From positions 47,152 through 111,151 of the forward strand of contig QHMG01000005.1 in NCBI GenBank assembly GCA_003258725.1: a DNA stretch of 64,000 nt, given 5' to 3'. This document shows, in pieces, positions 48,950-59,275 of this stretch (position 1 is its first letter; each line of letters begins with the position of its first letter). The position numbers were made by a program, and so were the translations under genes. The DNA is from Candidatus Melainabacteria bacterium (lineage in GTDB: Bacteria; Cyanobacteriota; Vampirovibrionia; Gastranaerophilales; Gastranaerophilaceae). Under the pieces are notes generated by a model. That model saw only the letters and a list, made by a program, of their open reading frames with translations. It was not told the DNA's origin and did no database searches.

Positions 48950-49947
48950 TAGTATTTTTCTTCTTCTTTTAATTTTCTATTCATCAATTTGTTTAAAATT
49001 TCAATAGGGGTAATATCTGTGTAAAGAGCTTCGTAAATAGCGTTTGAAAGCGGAACTTCAATCTCCATTTTCTTTGCGATTTCGCAAAGTGCTTTCGCTG
49101 TTTTAACACCTTCTGCAACAGAACCCAGTTTACTCAAGATGTTGTCAATTTTTTTGCCTTGAGCAAGCATAGCCCCTACTGTGTGGTTTCTAGATAATGG
49201 GCTTGAACAAGTTGCAATCAAGTCGCCCATACCAGATAAGCCGTACAAAGTTGAAGGATTAGCGCCTAATCTTACACTTACACGAACTATTTCTGCCATA
49301 CCTCTTGTCAAAAGTGAACCCATACAGTTATCGCCCAATTTCATACCGTCTGCAAAGCCTGCGGCAATAGCGATTACGTTCTTCAAACTTCCGCCTAATT
49401 CGACACCGACAACGTCAGAGTTTGTGTATAATCTGAATTTGCTAGGTACATTCAAGTGTTCTTGTACAAAAACTGCTGTTTCGTGGTCTTCGCAAGCTAC
49501 ACAAGCAGCTGTTGGACAGCCCATTAAAACTTCTTTTGCAAGTGTTGGACCTGAAAGAATTGCAAGTTTTTGCTCTGGTAAAACGTCTTTAATTACGTCT
49601 GACATTGTCATCAAAGATGGTAATTCAATACCTTTTGATGCGTTTACTAAAATTTGTTCGGGTTTAATTCCAGATTTTTTCAAGTTTTCACAAACTTCAC
49701 GTGTACCAGAAGTTGCAACAACTGAAAGAATAATATCAGCGTCTTTAATGGCTTCTGGCATGTTTGATGTAACTTGAACTTTATCTTGAAGTTGAATTTC
49801 TAATGGGTGAGAGCAATGTTTGTTGTTTCTCATATCATCAGAAAGGTCTTGTTCTCTAGACCATAGACAAACTTCATCAAAGTTGTCTGTTAAAAGCCAA
49901 GCAAGAGTTGCACCCCAGCAACCTGCACCTAATATTGTTAATTTCAT
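48949..49947 (-). CDS. gpsA: NAD(P)H-dependent glycerol-3-phosphate dehydrogenase
   Basis: [16 protein letters not shown] Rossmann fold plus GpsA C-terminal domain. Stop/start overlaps with both neighbours. Confidence 0.9.
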   Translation of the reverse strand: MKLTILGAGCWGATLAWLLTDNFDEVCLWSREQDLSDDMRNNKHCSHPLEIQLQDKVQVTSNMPEAIKDADIILSVVATSGTREVCENLKKSGIKPEQILVNASKGIELPSLMTMSDVIKDVLPEQKLAILSGPTLAKEVLMGCPTAACVACEDHETAVFVQEHLNVPSKFRLYTNSDVVGVELGGSLKNVIAIAAGFADGMKLGDNCMGSLLTRGMAEIVRVSVRLGANPSTLYGLSGMGDLIATCSSPLSRNHTVGAMLAQGKKIDNILSKLGSVAEGVKTAKALCEIAKKMEIEVPLSNAIYEALYTDITPIEILNKLMNRKLKEEEKY

Positions 49948-50855
49948 TATATTACTTCCTTTTTATTCAATAGCCTTCTTAATACGCCGTTGCAAGTTTT
50001 TAGCTTTTGACGTGCAGTATCAAAATCTATTCCCATTTTTATTGAAACAATTGCTGTTTTGATTTCCCAATTGCAATTTTCTAAAGTTTGAAAAGCGTTT
50101 GCGTGGGTTGTTTCTGCAATTTGTGCAACAATTCTAATTGCTCTATCCTTCAATTTTTCGTTTGTCGGATTAAGGTCTATCATAAAGTTTTCGTAAGTCT
50201 TACCAATCTTAATCATAGAGCCTGTTGTAAGCATATTTAGAACCATTTTTTGAGCAGTTCCTGCTTTCATTCTGCTAGAACCTGCGATAACTTCTGGTCC
50301 AACCTCTACGCAAATTGCAAGAGATGCTTCGTCAATAATTTTTGCTTGTGAATTGCAAGTTAATGCAATTGTTTTTGCGTTAACTTCGTTTGCTTTTTCT
50401 AAAACTCCTAACAAATATTTAGGGTTTCCGCTTGCAGAAATTACAACGGCTACATCTTTGTCTGTAAGAATGTTTGCGTCTTGTTTGCCGGCTTCAAAAT
50501 TATCCTCTGCGCCTTCAACAGGAGTTTTAAACGCTTTGTCGCCACCAGCCATAATACCTTGAACCATTTCGTGTGGTACGCTGAAGGTTGGCGGACATTC
50601 TGAAGCATCTAAAATGCCTAAGCGACCTGATGTGCCAGCGCCAAAGTAAATTAATCTTCCACCTTGCAAAAATTGTTTTGCAATAATATCAATTGCTTTT
50701 GCAATGTTTTCAGTTTCGTTTTCTACCGCAATTGCAACTTGTTTGTCTTCTTCATTAATCTTTTTCACAATTTCAACACTTGGTAACAAATCAATGTTCT
50801 TTGTGTTTTCGTTTCTATATTCTGTAATTATTTCGCTCATAAATTTCCTATACAA
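49947..50855 (-). CDS. murQ: N-acetylmuramic acid 6-phosphate etherase
   Basis: SIS domain (GAGTSGRLG). MurQ length. Confidence 0.85.
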   Translation of the reverse strand: MYRKFMSEIITEYRNENTKNIDLLPSVEIVKKINEEDKQVAIAVENETENIAKAIDIIAKQFLQGGRLIYFGAGTSGRLGILDASECPPTFSVPHEMVQGIMAGGDKAFKTPVEGAEDNFEAGKQDANILTDKDVAVVISASGNPKYLLGVLEKANEVNAKTIALTCNSQAKIIDEASLAICVEVGPEVIAGSSRMKAGTAQKMVLNMLTTGSMIKIGKTYENFMIDLNPTNEKLKDRAIRIVAQIAETTHANAFQTLENCNWEIKTAIVSIKMGIDFDTARQKLKTCNGVLRRLLNKKEVI

Positions 50856-51309
50856 GTTTTACTAAGTTTGCCATTTCGATTGCAGATTTTGCAGCATCTG
50901 AGCCTTTATTTCCAGCTTTTGTTCCAGCTCTTTCAATTGCTTGTTCAATGTTGTCTGTTGTTAATACACCAAAGATTACAGGAACACAAGTTTCTAGACT
51001 TACTGATGCAACGCCTTTTGAAACCTCTGCGCAAACATAATCGTAATGAGAGGTTGAACCCTTTATTACAGCACCTAATGTAATGATTGCGTTATATTTT
51101 CCTGATTTTGCTGCTTTTTTTGCAATAATAGGAATTTCAAATGCACCTGGAACCCATATTACATCAATGTTATCCTCGTTTACACCGTGTCTTTTTAGTT
51201 CATCAATAGCTCCAGATAATAATTTTGAACCGATAAATTCATTAAATCTTGAAATAACGATACAAAATTTTTCGCCATTTGTGGTTAATTGTCCTTCTAT
51301 GGTTTTCAT
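50848..51309 (-). CDS. ribH: 6,7-dimethyl-8-ribityllumazine synthase
   Basis: 153-aa lumazine synthase signature ([19 protein letters not shown]). Confidence 0.9.
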   Translation of the reverse strand: MKTIEGQLTTNGEKFCIVISRFNEFIGSKLLSGAIDELKRHGVNEDNIDVIWVPGAFEIPIIAKKAAKSGKYNAIITLGAVIKGSTSHYDYVCAEVSKGVASVSLETCVPVIFGVLTTDNIEQAIERAGTKAGNKGSDAAKSAIEMANLVKLV

Positions 51310-51351
51310 AAAATTACTCCTTTTTCTCTATTGTACAACGGAATAGCTATA

Positions 51352-52059
51352 TTACAATAGAGATGAGAAAATCTTATAAAAAATATACAACCCAGAAAGA
51401 ACAAGTAGCACACCACAAACTTTGACTAAAACATTTGATATTTTTGCAAATGCAGACATATTTTTTAATGTTGATGTAAATACACCTGCAATTACAAGGA
51501 TTATCCCTTGACCTAAAGCGAACAAGAATAGCATTAACATTGCAATTAGCACATTCTCCATTACTGAAGCAAATGCCATTATGCCTGCCAAAATAGGGGT
51601 TGAACAAGGTGTGCCTGCAAGCGCAAAAACTATACCTAAAATTAGTGGATAAATGAATGCGAATTTACCTTCGTTTTTTGGTAAAGCCTTAATGAACATT
51701 GGAAATTCAAAGTCTAAAACTTCGACTAATTTCAAGCCCATTACAATCAAGAAAGATGCAATGATTAAACCAAAGTAGCTACCTAAAAATGAGATGAAAA
51801 CTCTGCCTGTAACCGCACAAATTATGCCAATTGTTGTGAACACAATGGCTGTACCTAAGATAAACATTAACATTTGAAAAAATGTTTTTAAGGGCTTATC
51901 TTTTGAATATCCTCCAACATAGCCGACAATAATGGGTAACATTGCCAATGAACAAGGGCTTATTGAGGCAATTACACCACCCATAAACGATGCCAATAGC
52001 ATTGCTATTTCAAAATGTTGGTTATTCGGTTGTGCGAAAACGTTTATAATGTCCATCAT
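51352..52059 (-). CDS. ccdA: Cytochrome c-type biogenesis / thiol-disulfide electron transporter CcdA
   Basis: DsbD-beta family: six TM segments with SPCSLAMLP and GTPCSTPILAG Cys motifs. Confidence 0.8.
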   Translation of the reverse strand: MMDIINVFAQPNNQHFEIAMLLASFMGGVIASISPCSLAMLPIIVGYVGGYSKDKPLKTFFQMLMFILGTAIVFTTIGIICAVTGRVFISFLGSYFGLIIASFLIVMGLKLVEVLDFEFPMFIKALPKNEGKFAFIYPLILGIVFALAGTPCSTPILAGIMAFASVMENVLIAMLMLFLFALGQGIILVIAGVFTSTLKNMSAFAKISNVLVKVCGVLLVLSGLYIFYKIFSSLL

Positions 52060-52060
52060 A

Positions 52061-52453
52061 TTAGTTTAGTATTTCTTTCACGTATGCTTCAAATTTGTGT
52101 TTGTCAACATAACCTTCTGTTTTTCTGACAACTTTACCATTTTTGTCAATGTAAATTACTGTTGGAACAAGATTTACATTGTAGGTGTCAATTGCGTTAT
52201 TAATATTTTTGTCATTTTTTTCTATATCGTACTCTATAACTTCAACTGTGCCAGAATATTGTGGCATTACTGTCTCAAATACCCCCTTCATTTTTTTGCA
52301 ATCAGAGCAAAGTTTTGAAGAAAATTTTATAATTTGAGGTTTACCACTAACGTGCTCTTGTGTTGCTGATTCAACCTTTGTGCCTGACAAAACTGCATAA
52401 GCAATTAGAGGAAGTGCAAATATTAGTGAAATAATGATTAGATTTTTTTTCAT
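52061..52453 (-). CDS. Thioredoxin-fold thiol-disulfide oxidoreductase (TlpA/ResA-like, secreted)
   Basis: Signal peptide, CSDCKKM (CxxC) motif, thioredoxin-like length. Immediately upstream of ccdA. Confidence 0.7.
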   Translation of the reverse strand: MKKNLIIISLIFALPLIAYAVLSGTKVESATQEHVSGKPQIIKFSSKLCSDCKKMKGVFETVMPQYSGTVEVIEYDIEKNDKNINNAIDTYNVNLVPTVIYIDKNGKVVRKTEGYVDKHKFEAYVKEILN

Positions 52454-52504
52454 GTTAAAGTTCTCCTTTCCTTCTAAGATACACTAAACAAAATTTATTT
52501 CTAA

Positions 52505-52569
52505 CCCCAATTGGGGGATTTTTTACATGAAAAAGGCGGGATTGCAATTTGCAATCCCGCCTTTTTAAA
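52505..52569. terminator. Terminator pair downstream of family member A
   Basis: GGCGGGATTGCAA TTT GCAATCCCGCC with flanking A/T runs, plus CCCCAATTGGGGG followed by a T-run. Confidence 0.75.
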
Positions 52570-52582
52570 TTCTTTTCGTTTA

Positions 52583-53905
52583 CTAAGAACTGAATGTTTT
52601 GAAGGTTGCTTCGACGTTCTTTTGAATAACGCTCTTTACTGCCTCCATTTCTGTTGAAAGAGCTTTTTGTTCGGTATCAAGTTGCTTCAATCTCAATTCT
52701 AGGGTTCTGTCTTGAACTTGAATTTTTGATGTCTTAGCGTTGATATCTGCTAATTCTTTTTCATAAGCTAAAATATCATAATTATATTGATTCATTGCAT
52801 CATCGTAAGAAGCTGTGTCTGTTGTTTCTTCTGATTTAAGCGCAAAAGATTCACTTGAACTCATAAGTTTAATATTCTTATATCTGCCTGTGCCTGATTT
52901 GTCGTCAAGTCTTGCGTATTCTTGTCTTGTAATATCTTCTTTTTTATGTGTTGCGTAGTATTGATTTAAGTTCTTTTGGTAATCAATTGCTGAAGAAATT
53001 TGATATTTGTCATTTACAGGTGGTTGGTTTGCCAAACCACTTACAATACAATCATTCAATTCAGATTCTGTCGCATAGCAAGTTCTGCCATTCTTTTGAT
53101 ATACCCAAATTTCATTAGGGTTAACGCCTGCTAATTCAGGGAAGTCGTGAATGATTTGGTCATAATCTGCCTTTTGAACTGGGTCAGTCAAATCAAGTCT
53201 TTCAGCATCAGAGTTACCAAGTTTGTAGCTGTAATCCTTGTCTGATACACCATAAACAGGTAAGTCACCTTCTTTGGTTGCAGTTTTATCAATGTTTTCT
53301 AAGTCTTCTTTTTTTGCGTAAATAGCTGGATCTTTTGTCCCATCTGCTTTGTAGAAGTCTTTGATATCATCAATAGTAATCAAACCCTTGCTTTGTAATG
53401 CTTTTAAGTTATCCAAATCTTCTGCTGTACATTCTTTGAATTGTGCAGATGTACCAGCTTGGTCTGTTACGGTGTAAGATTTGTTTGTAGTGTCTTTTAC
53501 AACTTTAACGTTTTGTTCGATACCGTTGTTTGTGTTGTAATTTGTAACTTTTTGAACTTGAGGGTTAGTGTTCTTTTGTTGAATTGCTTTAAACACCTCT
53601 TGGTTGTAGTGGTAAGTTACTTGATAATTATATTTTTCACCTGTTTCAGGATCTGTATAATCAACGTTTTGGTAGCTGTCAATTTCATAGTCGTTAAACC
53701 CATCAGTGAAGGCATATTGTTGAGTTGTGTAATCTGTTGTTTTTGGAGCGGTAGGCACTTGAAGTGCTAACATTCTGTTCCATAGGTTTGCAGATTGGTT
53801 TGCAAGCGCTGTACGTGCTTGGTTAATTTGTTGACCTTCGTATTCAGTGTTTGTTTTTCTGGCAGTAAGACCTAAGTATCTTGCCTGTGAAGCAGCCATA
53901 CCCAT
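52583..53905 (-). CDS. Novel-family protein A (about 440 aa; conserved helical N- and C-termini, divergent core; no signal peptide)
   Basis: Paralog of 59577..60893. The shared start MGMAASQARYLGLTARKTN is preceded by GGAGA-N7. The track ORF extends 27 codons further upstream (to 53986), but the paralog and RBS support a start at 53905. Confidence 0.6.
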   Translation of the reverse strand: MGMAASQARYLGLTARKTNTEYEGQQINQARTALANQSANLWNRMLALQVPTAPKTTDYTTQQYAFTDGFNDYEIDSYQNVDYTDPETGEKYNYQVTYHYNQEVFKAIQQKNTNPQVQKVTNYNTNNGIEQNVKVVKDTTNKSYTVTDQAGTSAQFKECTAEDLDNLKALQSKGLITIDDIKDFYKADGTKDPAIYAKKEDLENIDKTATKEGDLPVYGVSDKDYSYKLGNSDAERLDLTDPVQKADYDQIIHDFPELAGVNPNEIWVYQKNGRTCYATESELNDCIVSGLANQPPVNDKYQISSAIDYQKNLNQYYATHKKEDITRQEYARLDDKSGTGRYKNIKLMSSSESFALKSEETTDTASYDDAMNQYNYDILAYEKELADINAKTSKIQVQDRTLELRLKQLDTEQKALSTEMEAVKSVIQKNVEATFKTFSS

Positions 53906-54059
53906 AAGCGTATCTCCTCTTCTGTGTCCATTTAATCTTATGTAAATGATTATAATAATATTTTTTCGAAAATCAACATTTTCCATGAAATATCAATTGT
54001 TTGGACTATAAAATTTTGCTCAAATCCTCTATTTAGACGTAAATAAGCTCTTTGAATTT

Positions 54060-54233
54060 TTATACATCTTCTGGAATAAAGATTACGCAGTCTTCCAATT
54101 GATTTCTAACCTCCTCGCTTGAACTTCTAATTTTCACGACTCGTTGGTACTCTCTTACAACGCTAATAACGTCGTCTGTCGACATTCTAATTAATCTTCT
54201 TTTACCAGCTTCGTTTTCAATAATTCTAGCCAT
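54060..54233 (-). CDS. Small conserved-looking protein (57 aa), not in the ORF track
   Basis: ATG at 54231-54233 is preceded by AAAAAGGAGAAAACGAC. Product MARIIENEAGKRRLIRMSTDDVISVVREYQRVVKIRSSSEEVRNQLEDCVIFIPEDV. Immediately upstream of family member A. Confidence 0.45.
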   Translation of the reverse strand: MARIIENEAGKRRLIRMSTDDVISVVREYQRVVKIRSSSEEVRNQLEDCVIFIPEDV

Positions 54234-54331
54234 GTCGTTTTCTCCTTTTTAACTTGTAAGTTATTTAACGACAAAAAACGGCTGAACTTTAGTAAATTCA
54301 ACCGTTTTGCTTATAAATTATTGTTCAAATT

Positions 54332-54670
54332 TTAATCATTTAATGAAACTGCAAGACCTTCCATAATATTGAAAAAATCTTCATTAGGAAGTGTTGACAT
54401 AGTTTTTAGTGCATATTTTAAATCGTCGTTTTTGTCATACCAACGACGTTCGTTTACGCTTTGTTGAAACAAGCCCATAACACGTTCTATACCGATGCTT
54501 AATTGCGGTTCTTCTTCCTCTTTATGTAAGTCTTTAATTTGTTTTACAATTTCAATTAAGTCGGCAGACAACCTTCTTTTTTGTTCAGTGTCAAGTTTTT
54601 GCAAAATTTCGAAAGCCTTTAAGGTTTCATTGTGTTCGTCGTACCATCTGCGTTTTAAGTTCATACACAC
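54332..54670 (-). CDS. Hypothetical protein with an internal RRWYD-helix duplication
   Basis: Two copies of (K/E)RRWYD(E/K).....LK.A...(L) spaced about 65 aa apart. 112 aa. Confidence 0.4.
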   Translation of the reverse strand: MCMNLKRRWYDEHNETLKAFEILQKLDTEQKRRLSADLIEIVKQIKDLHKEEEEPQLSIGIERVMGLFQQSVNERRWYDKNDDLKYALKTMSTLPNEDFFNIMEGLAVSLND

Positions 54671-54768
54671 ATTCCTTTTTCTAAAATAATAAACTTTTTT
54701 TTAAGAAAGGTCAACTATTTTTCAAGATGTAAAAAAAATGGTAAAATGTAAAAATAGGTTAGTTATAA

Positions 54769-56754
54769 ATGAAAAAAATAATATATTCTATATTCCTAAT
54801 ATTCCTATTTATAGGCTTTTTGAGTGCGCAATCGGTATTTGCGGACGATAAAATTACGTCTGTAAACTATGATATTTCTGCAAATATGTTATTTTTAACC
54901 TCTGGAAATTTCTCTAATACTGAGAAAAATCCAATAAAATTAGTTAAACTTTCTAACCCTAATAGAGTTTATTTTGATATAGAAAATTCTGTTTTAACTA
55001 CGGCAAAACAAGATTTTCAAGTTACATCTGGCGGAGTTTTGAGGCAAGTTGTCGTTTCTCAAAATAGTACAAATCCAAATGTTGTAAGGGTTGTAATGTA
55101 TTTTGCAGAGGCTTACAATACGTCTAATTTAAAAATAATGCGTTTGAATGGTAACATTATCGTACAAATTAACAACGACGTTTGTGCTCTTGCAAATTAT
55201 ATGCACGAAATTTATAGAGATACAAAATATGATTCAAACGACTATTACTCCTTTGTTTCAATGACCTCTCAACAAGTTAGTGCGAATGATTTACCTCTAA
55301 CCGCAACAGCAAGCAATGCTCCGGAAAAAGTTTTAAATCAAATACAACAAGCCTTTGAAAATTCGACTGTGCCTGTAAGTGTTAAAAGTTCTTATCAAAA
55401 CGCAAATGTTTCTGTTATAAAAAAGAATTTTAAACTTAAATCAAAATATTACTTAACGGGTGTTCAAGCTCGACAAAATGGCATTTTAATTAGTGGTTAC
55501 GGTACATTTACAATTGAAAAACCTATGGTGTTGCCAAATCCAAATAGATTGGTACTAGATTTTGCAAATACTGTTTCAAGTCCCGCAGTCCGTTCAAAAA
55601 CTTTTAAATATGGTGAAGATACAATTCGTGTAGGTCAATTTGAAGCAAACAGAGCAAGAATAGTTATTACAACTCCAAATGCGGATAGATATATTCCTGT
55701 TTATTCAGCTGATGGGCAGTCTGTTTTAATCGCTGATAAAGAAAACTTAAGTCACGATAAATTATCAAATATAACAACTAACCTAGTAAGTACACGAGTT
55801 ACAAAGACAAATGAACAAAATTATGGATTAAATTTATATTTTAGTAAACCTGTTGTTTATTCAGTAAAACGTGATGCAAACAATTTAACTTTATATATGT
55901 TTAATGCTCTTCAATATAACGACCAAGATTTTCGCTCTGTAATTAAAGGAACATCAGTTGAAAATTCAAAAATTTACCTTATGCCAAGAGTTGGTTTGAG
56001 ATATTCGATTCCACTTGACTCACGAGATACTGTTAAAGTTTATACGGGAACAGATGCAAGAACTATTAAAATAGCGTTTAAATCTCCAAGCAAAGCGATA
56101 AAACGACAACCTACGATTGCTGATACGCCAACAACCTTGCCAACAAAGGTTAAAAACGTGGACAAAAATAACGATAAGGTTGAAATGCCAAAGATTACAC
56201 CAAGAAAAAATGGTGAAAGAGTTGTCGTAATAGATCCTGGACATGGCGGAAAAGATTATGGTGCAATTCGTGCAGGCATTAATGAAAAAGACATTACACT
56301 TGATGTTTCAAAACTTGTAGCCGCAATGTTGCGTGCTAAGGGTTACAAGGTGTATATGAGCCATGATACAGATAAATTTGTTCCATTGCAAGGAATTGTA
56401 GATATTGCCGAAGAAGTTAAACCGGATCTTTTTGTAAGTATTCACGTAAATTCCAGCAACGGAACAGAAGCGACAGGTATTGAAACGCACTATTACCACG
56501 AATACAGTATTGGTTTAGCTAAATCAGTACACAATGCTTTAATGGCACAAGTTACAACAACCAAAGACAGAGGTTTGTTTAAATCTAGATTTTATGTTAT
56601 AAATCATACTACAATGCCTGCAATTTTGGTTGAAATTGGATTTATTTCAAACGATAATGAAAGGGCAGAATTAGTTTCTGAAAAACGTAAGCAGGCGACT
56701 GCAAGAGGCATAACAAATGGTATCATCAACTACTACAAGCAACAACAAAAATAA
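54769..56754 (+). CDS. N-acetylmuramoyl-L-alanine amidase with N-terminal AMIN domains (AmiC-like)
   Basis: Signal peptide. Two AMIN-like repeats (NRVYFDIENSV; NRLVLDFANTV). C-terminal Amidase_3 (VVIDPGHGGKD). Confidence 0.8.
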   Translation: MKKIIYSIFLIFLFIGFLSAQSVFADDKITSVNYDISANMLFLTSGNFSNTEKNPIKLVKLSNPNRVYFDIENSVLTTAKQDFQVTSGGVLRQVVVSQNSTNPNVVRVVMYFAEAYNTSNLKIMRLNGNIIVQINNDVCALANYMHEIYRDTKYDSNDYYSFVSMTSQQVSANDLPLTATASNAPEKVLNQIQQAFENSTVPVSVKSSYQNANVSVIKKNFKLKSKYYLTGVQARQNGILISGYGTFTIEKPMVLPNPNRLVLDFANTVSSPAVRSKTFKYGEDTIRVGQFEANRARIVITTPNADRYIPVYSADGQSVLIADKENLSHDKLSNITTNLVSTRVTKTNEQNYGLNLYFSKPVVYSVKRDANNLTLYMFNALQYNDQDFRSVIKGTSVENSKIYLMPRVGLRYSIPLDSRDTVKVYTGTDARTIKIAFKSPSKAIKRQPTIADTPTTLPTKVKNVDKNNDKVEMPKITPRKNGERVVVIDPGHGGKDYGAIRAGINEKDITLDVSKLVAAMLRAKGYKVYMSHDTDKFVPLQGIVDIAEEVKPDLFVSIHVNSSNGTEATGIETHYYHEYSIGLAKSVHNALMAQVTTTKDRGLFKSRFYVINHTTMPAILVEIGFISNDNERAELVSEKRKQATARGITNGIINYYKQQQK

Positions 56755-57535
56755 ACCTATTGCTGTTTTTGATTCGGGCGTAGGCGGATTAACAGTATAT
56801 AAAAAATTAAAAGAACTTTTGCCAAACGAAGATTATATTTATTTTGGCGATTTAAAAAATTGTCCTTACGGTCAAAAATCAAAACAGCAATTAATTGATT
56901 TAACAGCAGATATCTTCAATTATTTTAAATACGAAGATGTTAAGGCGGTTGTTATGGCTTGTAACACAACCTCTGCAAATGTTTACGATGAATACAACAA
57001 TAAATTTGATTATACACTTTATCCTATAATTCAATCTTGTGCAAAAATTATTTCACAATTACCAATTGAACGATTAGGAGTGTTTGCAACCTCTGCAACA
57101 ATTTCATCTGGGGCTTACAAAAGAGAAATTAACAAGTACAACTCAAATGTCAAAGTGTTTGAAATGTCTTGTCCAGGCTGGGTTCAAATTGTAGAAGGTA
57201 ACAAGCAAAATGATGAATTGAGTATTGAGTTAATTAAAGAAAATATGGATAAAATGCTTGAAAACAATCCTGACAAAATTCTTTTAGGTTGTACTCACTA
57301 TCCATTTTTGTTAGATGTTTTATCAACATTTGCGCCTCGTGATATGTTTATTGACCCAGCAGAATATTTTGCAAATTACATAAAAGAAGATTTACAAAGT
57401 CGTGATTTACTCAATGAAAATGGCGGGCATGAAAGATTTTATGTAAGCGCTAATCCAAATGAATTTAAAGTTGCTGCAAGAATGTTCTATGATTTGCACG
57501 AAGAACCTCAATTGATGAATTTTGCAAGAGCATAA
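56717..57535 (+). CDS. murI: Glutamate racemase
   Basis: IAVFDSGVGGLTV and GCTHYP motifs. The 5' end overlaps the amidase gene. Confidence 0.85.
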   Translation: MVSSTTTSNNKNKPIAVFDSGVGGLTVYKKLKELLPNEDYIYFGDLKNCPYGQKSKQQLIDLTADIFNYFKYEDVKAVVMACNTTSANVYDEYNNKFDYTLYPIIQSCAKIISQLPIERLGVFATSATISSGAYKREINKYNSNVKVFEMSCPGWVQIVEGNKQNDELSIELIKENMDKMLENNPDKILLGCTHYPFLLDVLSTFAPRDMFIDPAEYFANYIKEDLQSRDLLNENGGHERFYVSANPNEFKVAARMFYDLHEEPQLMNFARA

Positions 57536-57542
57536 TTACTAA

Positions 57543-57571
57543 AGAGCTTAGCATTTTTAATGCTAAGCTCT
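57543..57571. terminator. Stem-loop between murI and the convergent fadD-like gene
   Basis: AGAGCTTAGCAT TTTTA ATGCTAAGCTCT 12-bp stem. The T-run is weak. Confidence 0.5.
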
Positions 57572-57592
57572 ACATTTTTCTATAAATTCTTT

Positions 57593-59275
57593 CTATAAAT
57601 TCAATAACTGTTTAACTTCTCTACGTTTAACTTTTCTTGTTGTTGTTTTTGGAAGTTCTTTCTTGTAAACGATGATGTTAATTGGTCGTTTATAAGGTGC
57701 TAAATGCGCAGACAAGTGTTTAACTTCTTCTCTTACAATTTTGTTTAATTCTTCATCTGATTTGTCAGCCATATAGCTTTCTTTTGGAACAATTACAGCT
57801 ACGATTTCTTCTGTACCGTCTTTTGTACCACCAGAACGAGATGAACCCATTACACAAACTTCTGCAAAGTTGTTGCTAGATTCAAGAACAGCTTCAACTT
57901 CTTCCGGAAATACTTTTTTACCACCAGAAAGTACAATCATGTTCTTAATTCTGCCTGTAATGTGAATGTGTCCGTCTTTATCTAAATGACCGATATCTCC
58001 TGTATGCAACCAGCCATCTTCGTCAATAGTTTCAGCTGTAAGCTCTGGTTGATTATGATATCCCTTCATTACTGAAGGACCTTTTAATTGAATTTCGCCT
58101 GTTTCTTTGTCAATTCTACATTCAAAACCTGGAAGTGGTTTACCAACTGAAGTATAGTCTTTACGTTTATCGTAGTTTACTGATACAACAGGGCTAGTTT
58201 CTGATAAGCCATAACCTGCATAAACTTTGATACCAATTGTTTCAAAGAAGTTTGCAACATTTTTGTCAATTGGTGCGCCACCAGAAATGCAACCTCTGAA
58301 TTGACCGCCAAAGTTATCATGGATTTTCTTGAAAATCATCTTCTTAATTCTGAATGAAGGAATGAATTTTGCTATATTAAACATGATAGGGAAAACTTTT
58401 TTAGCAATAGGGTTATTGTGAATTTCGTTTTCAATACCAGCTTTCAATAATTTTAAGAAGGCTGGAACAACTACCATGAATTGAACTTGTTTTTCTCTCA
58501 TAATCATCAAAATGTCTTTTGGTTTTAATGATTGAGTGTAATAAACTGATGTTCCTAACAACAAGAAGGTTGAGAAACCAACGGTTAATTCAAACAAGTG
58601 ATTCATAGGTAAGATTGATAAAATTTTTGTATTTTCACCTGCAGGAATAAATTCTGGAACAACTGTGCTAAGAGCGTTTAGTTGTGCAAGCATGTTTCTA
58701 AATGAAATTTCAACGCCTTTAGGATTACCTGTTGTGCCTGAAGTGTAGATGATGAAAGCTGTTGATTTTGAGCTTCTGTGTCTCCATTTGCAGTGAGGTG
58801 TTGAATTTATTGTGTATAAACTTGGAAGTGTCATGTTGTAGCTTGGTTCGTCCATAACGATAATGTGTTTGATTGACGGAACTTCCTTTTGTATTTCTAA
58901 TGCTTTTTCAATGTAAGTTTGTGAAACTAATAAAACTTTTGGCTGGCAATCTGTAAGGATTGAAACAAGTTCAAACTTTGTCAATTTTATATCAAGTGGA
59001 ACTGTTGTTGCGCCTGAAAGAATTGATGCAAAAACGCAAGCGCCGTATTCTGGCTTTGATTCAGATAGAATAGCAACTCTATCATTTTTTTGAACTTCTA
59101 ATTCGTTGATAAGGTAGCTGCCTAATTTTCTTGATAAAAGCCCTAAACCTTTGTATGTAAATTCTTTCCAACCTAAAGCTGTTCTAATACCTAATGCAAC
59201 TCTATCTCCGTATACATCAGTTTTTTCTTCTAACAAAAGAAGAACATTGTTTTTTCTGTATTTCATCTTCCTCAC
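57593..59275 (-). CDS. Long-chain-fatty-acid--CoA ligase (AMP-dependent synthetase family)
   Basis: YTSGTTGNPKGV AMP-binding motif. 560 aa. Confidence 0.8.
   Translation of the reverse strand: MRKMKYRKNNVLLLLEEKTDVYGDRVALGIRTALGWKEFTYKGLGLLSRKLGSYLINELEVQKNDRVAILSESKPEYGACVFASILSGATTVPLDIKLTKFELVSILTDCQPKVLLVSQTYIEKALEIQKEVPSIKHIIVMDEPSYNMTLPSLYTINSTPHCKWRHRSSKSTAFIIYTSGTTGNPKGVEISFRNMLAQLNALSTVVPEFIPAGENTKILSILPMNHLFELTVGFSTFLLLGTSVYYTQSLKPKDILMIMREKQVQFMVVVPAFLKLLKAGIENEIHNNPIAKKVFPIMFNIAKFIPSFRIKKMIFKKIHDNFGGQFRGCISGGAPIDKNVANFFETIGIKVYAGYGLSETSPVVSVNYDKRKDYTSVGKPLPGFECRIDKETGEIQLKGPSVMKGYHNQPELTAETIDEDGWLHTGDIGHLDKDGHIHITGRIKNMIVLSGGKKVFPEEVEAVLESSNNFAEVCVMGSSRSGGTKDGTEEIVAVIVPKESYMADKSDEELNKIVREEVKHLSAHLAPYKRPINIIVYKKELPKTTTRKVKRREVKQLLNL

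Noticed and set aside
49181-49777. 198-aa ORF antisense to gpsA
   Set aside because: Lies entirely within the well-supported gpsA coding region on the opposite strand, with no RBS or domain. Typical shadow ORF.
53906-53986. Track N-terminus MENVDFRKNIIIIIYIRLNGHRRGDTL of the family A ORF
   Set aside because: The paralog B starts at the equivalent MGMAASQ, and both have GGAGA 7 nt upstream of that ATG. The extension runs through AT-rich promoter DNA and is therefore most likely spurious.
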